Below, in pieces: positions 29,856 through 39,169 of a stretch of 64,000 nt of DNA. The position numbers and the translations under genes were made by a program. The notes beneath the pieces are model-generated. The model ran no database searches and was not told the DNA's origin. It worked only from the letters and a program-made list of their open reading frames with translations. This stretch comes from Candidatus Bathyarchaeia archaeon. Its GTDB lineage: Archaea > Thermoproteota > Bathyarchaeia > Bathyarchaeales > Bathycorpusculaceae. The DNA lies in NCBI GenBank assembly GCA_050010755.1, contig JBEKKK010000001.1, positions 1,216,001 through 1,280,000 of the forward strand, written 5' to 3'. Each line of letters starts with the position of its first letter. Position 1 is the stretch's first letter.

Positions 29856-30061
29856 CGCGCGCTGGAAGATTTCTTCACAAACCTCTTAAATGAAAAAGTG
29901 TTGATTTGAAGTTTGGAGAGAGGCGCGCGCGCCATACTTATCAGTTTCCTCTTGACAAGCAGTTTAATGCACGTGCGAGCCCTCGTTCATCTTTTTGGGT
30001 TCTGTTAACTTGTCGGGTCTTAAAGAAGTCTGTTAACTCGCGGGGCTTTTTTGGTATTTTC

Positions 30062-30598
30062 TTATTTCAATGGAGGCAACCTGTCCGATGTCGGGTGTTC
30101 TGCTATGAGTTGGTTTATCTTGCCCAGCCAAGCTTGTCGGTCTTTTAAACCCACTAACCAAAGATCGAAGTTTATTGTTTTCCCCTCTTTTTTCGGTACT
30201 TCAAATCTTATCTCTAAGTGTTTCGCTGCTAACCCTTTCTCTTGGACTGATTTGGCGTATTCTAAAGGTATTGCTAAAACCACATTTTTCTTTTTCCTCA
30301 AACCCTTTCTGTACGACAGAATCAGGTTTTTGTTAGTGAGCGTCAGAGGTTTAGTGGCAACCAATTTTTGGGTTATGTCCGCCATGTTTCCACATTCAGC
30401 TTCTTTGCCATCTTGAGTATACTTTGCAACCTGCAATGACCTCGTGTCCTTTACCAAAAAATGATGTTGCAAATAATCTCCCAAAGGGACTAAACTTAAG
30501 GCAAACGATTTTCCAATGTTTCTCTCAGGTTGAAGAATAACCCCCGCGTTGTCAGCTTTTATTATCGTTCTTTCTTGCGATGAGAACAGATCATCCAT
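30062..30598 (-). CDS. Hypothetical passenger protein with PH/GRAM-like C-terminal half
   Basis: LTLTNKNLIL...IPLEYAKSV...W...I pattern; lies inside the TIRs. Confidence 0.6.
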   Translation of the reverse strand: MDDLFSSQERTIIKADNAGVILQPERNIGKSFALSLVPLGDYLQHHFLVKDTRSLQVAKYTQDGKEAECGNMADITQKLVATKPLTLTNKNLILSYRKGLRKKKNVVLAIPLEYAKSVQEKGLAAKHLEIRFEVPKKEGKTINFDLWLVGLKDRQAWLGKINQLIAEHPTSDRLPPLK

Positions 30599-30684
30599 AA
30601 TAGAAAATGTATGATCGAATTTAAAATCCTTTGGATGGCAAGTTCTGATAGTTCCTAGATTCTCAGGAAAGTTCCTATCCTGCT

Positions 30685-31860
30685 TTAAGAACTCGTTTCA
30701 AACCTTCGATGCTGACTTGCCTTTTTGATTAAGGATATCCATTCTGCCTTGTCAGTTTGAACATTTGCTTTTTGTGCAGGGGTCTTTCCGTTCAGTGCCA
30801 TGTGTAGTCTTATAAAATTGTAATAGATTCTCAGACCATCCATCATTGTCTGTGCCGTTTCCATATCGTCAAGCCCTCTCATAACCTTGTTTCTCTGCCT
30901 AGTCGTTCCGTGCAACCTTTCAACCATATTGTTGTTCGAACGGTCTCTAATGTTTGGAATCCTAACGTGCCGTGTCCTCGGCCCCTTCTGAGTGAAGAAC
31001 TCTTTCGGTATTGCGTCTTGATAGGCTCTTAACCCGTCTGTCACTATTGCCATTGGTCTTGTCTTTGAAAGGCTAGAAGCTTGAGCCAACACTTTCCTAG
31101 CATCTGCAATTTCCCTCTTCTCCGTTATCTGACTCGCCAGCCAAAAACGACTTTCATTGTCAATAACATTCCATGCCCATCTCAAGCTTTCGTGATTGTC
31201 CAAGTCTTTAATGTTCAAGGCCATTTCGTCACTGTGCCAGACTCCGCTAACTCGTGGCACTAGCTGATCGCAGTATTTTTTCATCATTGAAACGTACTTT
31301 CTTATCCACTTTTAAATAGCAACATGGCTAACTTCTACTCCGTAGAACTGTTTTATGTGGTCAACGATTGCTCTCATGCTGATACCTTTGAAATAGAGGT
31401 CAAGCGCAATGGTCACGGTTTCAGGTGTGGCCTTCATCCTCTCGAATCCTTCGTCAACAATGAATTTTCTCTTACAATCGTTGCAGAAGAACCGTTGAAC
31501 CTTTCCGTTCTGAGTAGTTCTGTATCCTCTCTTCACAATGTTCTCGGAGCCACAGAATTTACAAACCGACTCTGGTGATTCTATTTCTTTGCATAGGTTC
31601 TCACCCTCTTCCTCAGAAGGAGATACAGCTTGCTCATTTAACCTAATCTGTTCAACCGCATGAATATGCTTGCAAGCTACATGGTTGAAAACAAAATTGG
31701 GGCACTCGCATTTCCATTCAAGCCCCTCTCTTACAACAATGTAGTGTTTTCCTTCTTCGGTCTGTGACCATACTCGATAGGTTGAATCGCTTATCTTGTC
31801 AACCTTGCCGTGGGCTAGAAGAGAGTACGCACGGAGTTTGTGTGTGTTTGAGGTTCTCAT
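30685..31860 (-). pseudogene. IS6/IS240-type DDE transposase with N-terminal SWIM and Zn-ribbon; one in-frame stop
   Basis: SWIM CECP...CKHI; CKFC...RFFCNDC; W.SDEM, WNVID, IVTDGL.AY, NNMVERLH; TAA at 31312-31314 inside SHVAI*KWIRKY, same frame either side. Confidence 0.88.
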
Positions 31861-31989
31861 TGGTCTACACCTCGGTATATACCAATATACACACTAGTAT
31901 ATAAAAATATCTACACCAATGTATATACTTAGATACAAACCTTAAATATAAGTTAGGTCGATACCATTGTATATGCGCTGGTATGAACT

Positions 31990-32181
31990 ATGGTATTGCA
32001 AGCAGCAACCAAAATAAACAAGGCAACTGGGTCACGGCATACCATTTATTTGAGAACCGAGTTACTCAACGACAGTAAATTTCCTTTCAAAATAGGGCAG
32101 CAATTGATAATTAGAATAGATGGCGATCGGTTGATCGTTGAAGCCAGCAAACCAAAAGAGCGTGATAGAGAAAATGAATAA
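31990..32181 (+). CDS. AbrB/MazE-like small DNA-binding protein
   Basis: HTIYLR.ELL.DS.FPFK.GQ.LIIRIDGDRLIVE swapped-hairpin pattern; divergent from the transposase. Confidence 0.72.
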   Translation: MVLQAATKINKATGSRHTIYLRTELLNDSKFPFKIGQQLIIRIDGDRLIVEASKPKERDRENE

Positions 32182-32190
32182 ACGTCAGCG

Positions 32191-33372
32191 ATGGTTTATT
32201 ACTGTGTCGATTTACCAAGACTGGGGGGACTAAGATTGCTTTCGGGGCCTCACTCTACATACGTTACCAAATTTGAGTCAAGAAAGAACTTCATGCTGCA
32301 TCTAGAGAGCATGATGATTGCTGCACAGGAGAAAGAAGAGGAAGAAGAACTTGAGGAAGAGACACGTGGCCATCCAACAGAATTGAAGACGTATTATATG
32401 GAGACCAACAGCGGTTTGCCAAAAACATTGGAAACATCTCCTCTGAAAGTCTTTCCTATTGCCACGACTCTCTCAGATGTCAATGTACTTCGATTAGAAC
32501 ATGGTAAACATTCAGCAATATTCTACTTGGATGCGGCAGATCCACGTTTCTTGCTGTTATACACGAACGGTGTTGCAACGACAACTGATAGACTTTTCAG
32601 GTATCTTGTTGAAACTCCAGCAAACAGATTTGACAGGATTTGGCTGCCATCAAAGACTCAAGAGAAAATATCGCACTATTCAGGTAATGCTTTTACAGGT
32701 TTTGGTCTATTGTTCGATGACCTTTTCGTTGCCCACGACACAAGGAATGTGCCTATTGGTGAGTTATCAATGAGCGTTTCTGGAGTCAGTTCCTCCAGAG
32801 CTCTTGATGCTCTCAACAGTGATAAGACTTTGAAAAAGGCTGTCTGTTATTCGAAGATACGTGTTGAAAGGGGGAGCGAAGAATCATATGTTGCTGATGA
32901 AATCAAATACAATGGCAGAATAATTACTAAAATTGGACAGTCGATTGACGATCATGTTAGCCTTGTGGAAATCATTAGGAAGGAATACAGAGGTCTGATT
33001 GAAAACATTGAAAGGAACAGTCTGGGCACGAAAGAGGTTGAAGGAAGAACGCTTGTTGAAGGAGAGGCGTTTGAACTTGAACTGAATCGAGAAATTCTAG
33101 ACTTGGACAGATTCGCGGAACGACTCGCAGATGGTGATAGACCGTTCAGATTATGGGGAATGGTAAACAACATTTCAAGAGATATGCGCCAAGTCATCGG
33201 ATTAGATTTGCATACTGGTGACTCTATCAATCTTGAAATCATGCCCTCTCTAATTAGAGTCTATATTCCCAGAGGCGGTTGTGGCAACACTGTTTTGAGG
33301 CTCTGGGTGAATCTTCAACATAGTTTTGACTCAGAAGTAAAACTCAATGAGGAGACCGATTTTGCAGCCTAG
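32191..33372 (+). CDS. Uncharacterised 393-aa passenger protein
   Basis: Long ORF; conserved-looking C-terminus PFRLWG...DLHTGD.I.LEI...IRVYIP.GGCGNTVLRL..NLQH. Confidence 0.8.
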   Translation: MVYYCVDLPRLGGLRLLSGPHSTYVTKFESRKNFMLHLESMMIAAQEKEEEEELEEETRGHPTELKTYYMETNSGLPKTLETSPLKVFPIATTLSDVNVLRLEHGKHSAIFYLDAADPRFLLLYTNGVATTTDRLFRYLVETPANRFDRIWLPSKTQEKISHYSGNAFTGFGLLFDDLFVAHDTRNVPIGELSMSVSGVSSSRALDALNSDKTLKKAVCYSKIRVERGSEESYVADEIKYNGRIITKIGQSIDDHVSLVEIIRKEYRGLIENIERNSLGTKEVEGRTLVEGEAFELELNREILDLDRFAERLADGDRPFRLWGMVNNISRDMRQVIGLDLHTGDSINLEIMPSLIRVYIPRGGCGNTVLRLWVNLQHSFDSEVKLNEETDFAA

Positions 33373-34240
33373 TTTACATACCAAACTCATGAATTGCATA
33401 ATCGGAATGTGTAAGAGAGATAAGAAATGGATTACAGTTTTGCGTGAACTTGGCTACCAACCATATCTGATCGAACAGAGTATTAGGACATCAAGTGGTT
33501 CAAAAGTCAAAACGGACATAATTGCATCATCCGCACAATTGATACACTCTCTTGTTTTTGAAGTTAAAGGCGGGATTACTATTCAACAGGATCAACTAGA
33601 GAGATATGCTATGATTGATCCAGAAGATTTGTACAGATGGGTAGCACTTCCCGCGTTCACACGTCAAACTTTTCGATTCGACTGGTGCATAAGTGATTGG
33701 GAAGAAAATCACCCAATAATTGCGGCCTTGGTCAAAGATGTTCCAATCATTACTTTCGGCACAGAGCATATTGAAAAAACTGGCCAATTCCACAATCCTC
33801 GGCTTAACAGCGTGTTTAATCAACCGATTAGTCTAATTGGCAAATCGGCACCTACGCTATACTATCCTTTCAGTGAATATGACCCGCAAGCCTACATTGC
33901 GCGTTTTGTCATTCAAGGTTTGCTCCAAGTTGCATCTAAGAAACCAAGGAACGAAATCAGCGTTTTTGACGAAAATCTAATCACACGGGACGAAATACTG
34001 AAGTATATCTTTAATCCTGTTTTTGATGCCTTGTCAAAAGACCATCAGGGACATTTGAAGGATAAGATCAAAGAAGTGGTTCGCTGGATTATGGCAGATC
34101 AGAAGATGAAAGAGGCTTTTGGTTCGATTGAACAACGAGGCGGTTATAAGCTTAAACGACCTCTTGACAAACTCCGAAAGGCATCAAACCAATTTTTGGC
34201 TAACCTAGAAACCCAAGGAAAATTGGATACATTTCTCTAA
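33347..34240 (+). CDS. Predicted PD-(D/E)XK nuclease-domain protein
   Basis: KTDIIASS...LVFEVKGG...QQDQLERY (D...ExK...QxxRY); overlaps the upstream gene. Confidence 0.7.
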   Translation: MRRPILQPSLHTKLMNCIIGMCKRDKKWITVLRELGYQPYLIEQSIRTSSGSKVKTDIIASSAQLIHSLVFEVKGGITIQQDQLERYAMIDPEDLYRWVALPAFTRQTFRFDWCISDWEENHPIIAALVKDVPIITFGTEHIEKTGQFHNPRLNSVFNQPISLIGKSAPTLYYPFSEYDPQAYIARFVIQGLLQVASKKPRNEISVFDENLITRDEILKYIFNPVFDALSKDHQGHLKDKIKEVVRWIMADQKMKEAFGSIEQRGGYKLKRPLDKLRKASNQFLANLETQGKLDTFL

Positions 34241-34394
34241 AAATCCACCCACCAACAAAAAGCCCCTTTGGTTAACATGAACACTTTCAAGCCCATGAAA
34301 GACCCGAAGAGTTAACAGAATCTCTTTTTGAAACCTTTATTAGCATGATAACCTGGAAAAATAAATCGCAAACATAATTCAGAAACGCGTTGGC

Positions 34395-35045
34395 ATGTCT
34401 ATGAAAAGTCGGTATGCATGTGCAAGATGTGGGGTGGTGAAATGTTTCTATTCTGGCGTAGAAGCTAATTATCCAAGTTTCTGTCCTCATGAAAACCTAA
34501 AGGATACTGTGAAGACTAGTATCGAAGAAGGATGGAAGAACCCTGAGAACCGCAGGATAAACGAAGCCTATGAAGCAGTTTTGAAAAAAGGCGGCTATGC
34601 AAGCGGTAATTACTCTTGGTGTAGAATTAAAGAAATAATCGAGTTCTGCAAACAACTCGGCTACAAGAAGCTAGGGCTCGGTTTCTGCGTCGGTTTGAGG
34701 GATGAAGCTCGTATACTCACAGACATATTGGAAAAGAACGGGTTTGAGGTAGTCTCAGTCGGATGCATGGCGGGAGCCCCTGCACTCGGTGAAGTTGGAT
34801 TTGGAGAATACCGAGGTGCTTCTACTAAAGCATGCAATCCGATCATGCAGGCAAAAGTTCTCAACAAAGAAAAAACAGAACTGAATATCATGCTTGGCCT
34901 CTGCGTCGGACATGACATACTATTCATAAAATACTCAAAAGCAGGCGTTACACCATTGATCGTAAAAGACATGGCATTGGCTCATAACCCAGCAGCTGCG
35001 TTGTACGTGAGCCAAAGCTACTACAAGAAACAACTTTTTCCATAG
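34395..35045 (+). CDS. DUF1847 family Cys-rich metal-binding protein
   Basis: R.KEIIEF.K.LGYKKLGL.FCVGL, CNPI.QA..LN, LGLCVGHD.LF, HNPAAALY. Confidence 0.88.
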   Translation: MSMKSRYACARCGVVKCFYSGVEANYPSFCPHENLKDTVKTSIEEGWKNPENRRINEAYEAVLKKGGYASGNYSWCRIKEIIEFCKQLGYKKLGLGFCVGLRDEARILTDILEKNGFEVVSVGCMAGAPALGEVGFGEYRGASTKACNPIMQAKVLNKEKTELNIMLGLCVGHDILFIKYSKAGVTPLIVKDMALAHNPAAALYVSQSYYKKQLFP

Positions 35046-35119
35046 TCGATAACACTTCGCGCACGAACCAGGCGAAAGGCTATTCTCTGATTCTTGCACA
35101 GCTTTGTTTTGCGAGTTGG

Positions 35120-35676
35120 TTGACTTTGGGCAAGGCGGACATGGTTCTGAAGGGAATTGAGGCAATAGCCGAAAAAGAGTCCCTGCCAATAATAGGACGA
35201 GACAGGGGACAAGTTCTCATCAAAGTCATACGCCAAACAAGACCCAGAAGGATACTTGAAATCGGAACCTTGGTTGGTTACTCAACGATTAAGATGGCAA
35301 AAGAACTTGACGCAAAGGCGTGTTTGACTACGATTGAAACCCACTCTGGTAGAGCCAAACTGGCACGCGAAAACATAGAAAAAGCAGATGTTCGCCCAAA
35401 AATAGACGTGATCGTAGGCGACGCCATCAAAGTCATTCCGAAGCTGACTGAAAATTCCACATAGTCTTCATCGACGCTGCCAAGGAAGAATATTTCGACT
35501 ATCTGAAGATGGTCGAAAAAAAGCTCCACAAGGGAAGCGTAATCGTCGCGGACAACGTTGGAGTCTTGACAGATCAAATGAAAGAATATCTAGACTACGT
35601 AAGGTCATCACGCAATTACAAGAGCGAATACATACCCTTCGGAAAAGACGGAGTCGAAGTAAGCGTAAAGCTATAG
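35120..35676 (+). pseudogene. Class I SAM-dependent O-methyltransferase, frameshifted
   Basis: ILEIGTLVGYS; frame breaks at the A-run near 35451 and resumes IVFIDAAKEEY...VIVADNV...DGVEVSVKL* (TAG 35674-35676). Confidence 0.8.
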
Positions 35677-35737
35677 CGCACGCTGGACGCTAAAACCTCC
35701 TGCAAAACCACAAAAGGCAATCAGGGCTCTCTGACCG

Positions 35738-36223
35738 TTTTCGGAACAAGCATTGTCGCCATCATCGCGGTTTACACTGCAACATTACGCTGCAACATTA
35801 CAACGGATGTAAAGAAAAAAAGAGAAAGGAGCACGCTCATTCGGTGAAATCGAAATCCAACGTGCACTCAACCTAAACTCACGCAGAGAGGCCGACCTTA
35901 ACGCGCGCGCCATTTTCAACTTTTTTCGGAACACTGCACGATACGTGGAGATTTACGCTTACACATTACAAAGCAACATTACATCTGACGTAAAGAAAAA
36001 AAGGGGAGGGGACACCCTTCACCATAGAAATCTAGCATAACGTAAGACGCAAACCCGAAGAAAAGACGCGACCTCAACTCGCCAGCACCAAGTTTCAGCC
36101 TTTTTCGGAACACGCACGCGCAACATGGAAATCTTACATTGCAACATTACACGGCAACATTACATCTGATGTGTGTGAAAAAAAGGGAGGGGGGCACCCA
36201 CAGCGGTAAACCAGAGCGCGCGC
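35738..36223. repeat. Three degenerate tandem units of about 180 bp
   Basis: TTTTCGGAACA at 35738, 35923 and 36102, each followed by three TTAC at 13-bp period (mostly CAACATTAC), an A-run and a G-rich tract. Confidence 0.85.
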
Positions 36224-36343
36224 TGGTGGGTAGCTCTTTTGATTCCGAGTATTGATTGTTTGTTCATAACTCTTTAAGGCGTGCTCCATTCATCATGTGT
36301 AATTCAATGCGTCGCATTACCCGTAGGCATAGATGGGGACAAG

Positions 36344-39070
36344 ATGAACGAAACTGTTGTGCAGTCTCAGGAGAAGCCAGTTCTTGACTTGAATGAGAAA
36401 ATCCGGGTGTTGCTTGTAGATGATGATCGTAGTCTTCTGAAGATTGCCAAACAGTGTCTGGAGATGGAAGCGCCCCTCCAGGTTGACACTTCTCTTTCTG
36501 TTGAAGAAGCACTCAAAAAGCTGGATGAGGAGAAGTATGATGTCATAATTTCAGACTATCAAATGCCCGCTAAAGATGGTCTGGAATTTCTCAAAGAACT
36601 GAGAGCAAAGGACAACAAAATTCCCTTCATAATGTTTACCGGCAAAGGCAGAGAGGAAGTCGCAATAAAGGCCCTCAACCTGGGAGCCAGCCAGTACCTC
36701 AACAAATTGGGGGAGACAGATGCCGTTTACGCCGAGCTGGCTCACAGCATCACAGAACTAGCAAAAACCAGAAAGGCTGAAGAAAAACAATGCGAATCAG
36801 AAGAGAAACTCCGCATCACCGAGGGCAAGCGGGCTGAAGAGGCCCTCAAGGTTTCGGAAGAAAGGTACAGGAGTCTTTTTGAGAACTCCAAAGCACTCAT
36901 GGTCACGTATGATTTGAACGGGAACGTAACCGCAGTGAACAAAGTTGCTGCCGATTATGGCTTTTGCAGTAAAGAAAACATTGGCAAAAACATGCTGGAA
37001 TTTGCTCCTCAAAAAGAAGTGCCAAGACTACGCAAGGAAGTTGAGGAAATTATTCAGGGAAAATCCGTTGAAAGCGAAATCGAAATAGACACTCCGAAAG
37101 GGAAGAGGACACTCGAGTACATTTCCAGTCCTATAAGAGAAAGAGGGGCTATCGTTGGCATTCACGGATCTTATAAAGATGTCACTGAGAGCAGGAGAGC
37201 AGCGGAGGCTCTTAGGGTTTCGGAGGAAAAGTACAAGCATCTAACGGAAGAATTGCAGCGTTTCTCAACTGCCGTTAGAGCATCTGTCGATGGTGTTGTC
37301 ATCAGCGATATGGAAGGAAAAATAATCGAAGTGAACCTTGCGGCCTTAAAGTTGTACGGCGCCAACAAAGAAAAAGACTTGACAGGAAAGAGCTCTCTTG
37401 ATCTGGTGGTCTCTGAGGAAAGAGAGAAACTCGTACTGAACATGAAGGAAACTGAGGAAAAAGGATGCGCTGGTGCCCTGGAAATCACTGCTGTCACCCT
37501 TGGTGGCAAGAGAATTCCGGTGGAAATCACGGCCACTCTGGTAAGGGATAGCGATGGCCTTTCAGTGGGCTTTCTGAACATCCTCCGAGACTTGACTGAG
37601 GCCAAGAATCAACGGAGACTGCTGGATGAGAGTCAACAAAAGTTTGCAGGCTTGTTCACCGGGAACCCAGAGGCGACAGCGTATGTCGACGTTGACATGA
37701 GGGTTTTGGACGTTAATCCCCGTTTTGAAAGCTTGTTCGGATACTCACTTGACGACATTAGAGGTAGGCACATCCAAGACGTGATCGTACCGGAGAATCT
37801 GCTTGAAGAGGGGAGGAGGTTGAGTGAGAAGGCTGCGATGGGGTACGTCTACCATGACACCTTGAGAAAGAAGAAAGATGGATCGTTGATTCCTGTCTCA
37901 GTCTCCGCCGCGCCAATTAGAGTTCACGACAAGCTGATAGGCTACGTGTGGCTCTACAAGGACATTTCTCAACAGAAACTTGTAGAAGAGTCTCTGAAAG
38001 AAAGCGAGGAAAGATTCAGGGCGTTGTTCGCTGGCGGTCCTGAAGCATCAGTCTATCTCAGTCCCGATTTCTATATACAGGATATTAACCGTCGCTTCGA
38101 ACAAGTCTTCGGATACTCTTTGGCTGAAATCAAAGGAAAACGACTCGACGACGTCATCGTTCAAGATAGCAAAAAAGAGGAAGCAGGGATGCTGAATGAA
38201 AAGGCGGTAGGTGGATATGTATATCACGAAACTGTGCGAAGACGGAAGGACGGCTCCTCTGTGCCAGTCTCAATATCGGCGGCCCCGATAGTGATCAAGG
38301 GCCAACTCTCAGGGACAGTTGGAACCTACAAGGATATTTCGGATTTGAGGAGCGCGCAGGTGAAGTTGGCTCTCATGAACGAGAAGCTGAGAGTCGTGGG
38401 TGGCCTGACGAGGCACGACATTAGGAATAAGCTTTCAGTCATTACTGGAAACACGTACTTGATGAAGAAGAAGCTGAAGGATCATCCTGAAGTCCTAGGC
38501 GGCTTCGAAGATATTGAGTTTGCAACTGCCGCTATCGTGGGGCTTCTGGAGTTTGCGAGAGATTACGAAAGGCTAGGCGTCGAAGAATTGAGTTATGTCG
38601 ACCTGGAAGATTCCATCGAAAAAGCTGTGTCGCTGTTCATGAGCAATGATCAAACGAAGATTGCGAACCATTGCCACGGTCTAACGGTGTTAGCCGACTC
38701 ATTGTTGAGCAAGCTCTTCTGCAATTTGATAGACAACTCTTTGAAGCACGGCGCCCACGTCACAATGATGGACATAAGCTGCGAAGAATCAGGGGATGCA
38801 TTGAGTTTGGTTTACGAGGATGACGGCGTGGGCATTGCTCAGGAGGAAAAGCCCAAACTGTTCAGCGAAGGATACACTACGGGCAACGGGTCAGGCTACG
38901 GACTCTACCTGATAAAAAAGATGATGGAAGCATACGGCTGGAATATACAGGAAACAGGGGTGCCCGGAAAAGGAGCACGATTTGTCATTGCAATTCCGAA
39001 ATTAAACCAACAGGGAAAAGAAAACTTCAGGCCCACCGACCACAAATCCTTGTTGACAAGCAAGTCTTAA
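36344..39070 (+). CDS. Hybrid sensor histidine kinase (REC, four PAS, HisKA, HATPase)
   Basis: VLLVDDD, ISDYQMP..DG, FTGKG; PAS repeats; RHDIRNKL, NLIDNSLKH, EDDGVGI, GSGYGLYL. Confidence 0.93.
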   Translation: MNETVVQSQEKPVLDLNEKIRVLLVDDDRSLLKIAKQCLEMEAPLQVDTSLSVEEALKKLDEEKYDVIISDYQMPAKDGLEFLKELRAKDNKIPFIMFTGKGREEVAIKALNLGASQYLNKLGETDAVYAELAHSITELAKTRKAEEKQCESEEKLRITEGKRAEEALKVSEERYRSLFENSKALMVTYDLNGNVTAVNKVAADYGFCSKENIGKNMLEFAPQKEVPRLRKEVEEIIQGKSVESEIEIDTPKGKRTLEYISSPIRERGAIVGIHGSYKDVTESRRAAEALRVSEEKYKHLTEELQRFSTAVRASVDGVVISDMEGKIIEVNLAALKLYGANKEKDLTGKSSLDLVVSEEREKLVLNMKETEEKGCAGALEITAVTLGGKRIPVEITATLVRDSDGLSVGFLNILRDLTEAKNQRRLLDESQQKFAGLFTGNPEATAYVDVDMRVLDVNPRFESLFGYSLDDIRGRHIQDVIVPENLLEEGRRLSEKAAMGYVYHDTLRKKKDGSLIPVSVSAAPIRVHDKLIGYVWLYKDISQQKLVEESLKESEERFRALFAGGPEASVYLSPDFYIQDINRRFEQVFGYSLAEIKGKRLDDVIVQDSKKEEAGMLNEKAVGGYVYHETVRRRKDGSSVPVSISAAPIVIKGQLSGTVGTYKDISDLRSAQVKLALMNEKLRVVGGLTRHDIRNKLSVITGNTYLMKKKLKDHPEVLGGFEDIEFATAAIVGLLEFARDYERLGVEELSYVDLEDSIEKAVSLFMSNDQTKIANHCHGLTVLADSLLSKLFCNLIDNSLKHGAHVTMMDISCEESGDALSLVYEDDGVGIAQEEKPKLFSEGYTTGNGSGYGLYLIKKMMEAYGWNIQETGVPGKGARFVIAIPKLNQQGKENFRPTDHKSLLTSKS

Positions 39071-39169
39071 GCGAATAAAATCTATCGGATGCCACCGGGC
39101 CGTACATACCAGTGACTCAGGAAAAACCGAGCAAAAAACCATTGCGATTGGCGCCTCGAAAGCCGTGCT

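Larger units (their letters stand above)
29998..34322. mobile_element. IS6-family cargo transposon with 24-bp TIRs and 8-bp TSD
   Basis: IRL GGTTCTGTTAACTTGTCGGGTCTT (29998-30021); IRR reverse complement GATTCTGTTAACTCTTCGGGTCTT (34299-34322), 21/24 identical; TCTTTTTG at 29990-29997 and 34323-34330. Confidence 0.9.

Noticed and set aside
35738-36223. CRISPR array or canonical ORB origin
   Set aside because: Units are about 180 bp and degenerate with no repeat-spacer alternation or cas genes; no clear ORB consensus and no orc1/cdc6 nearby.
24474-36223. Integron attC cassette array
   Set aside because: Some stop codons end in TAAC, but I found no matching GTTRRRY ends or attC hairpins; genes are in mixed orientation and there is no IntI.
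39088-39105. Possible attR copy of the tRNA-Ala 3' end (GCCACCGGGCC); also CACCGGTCCA near 63199
   Set aside because: Matches are short or imperfect and the second lies inside hutU; no convincing attR in the window.
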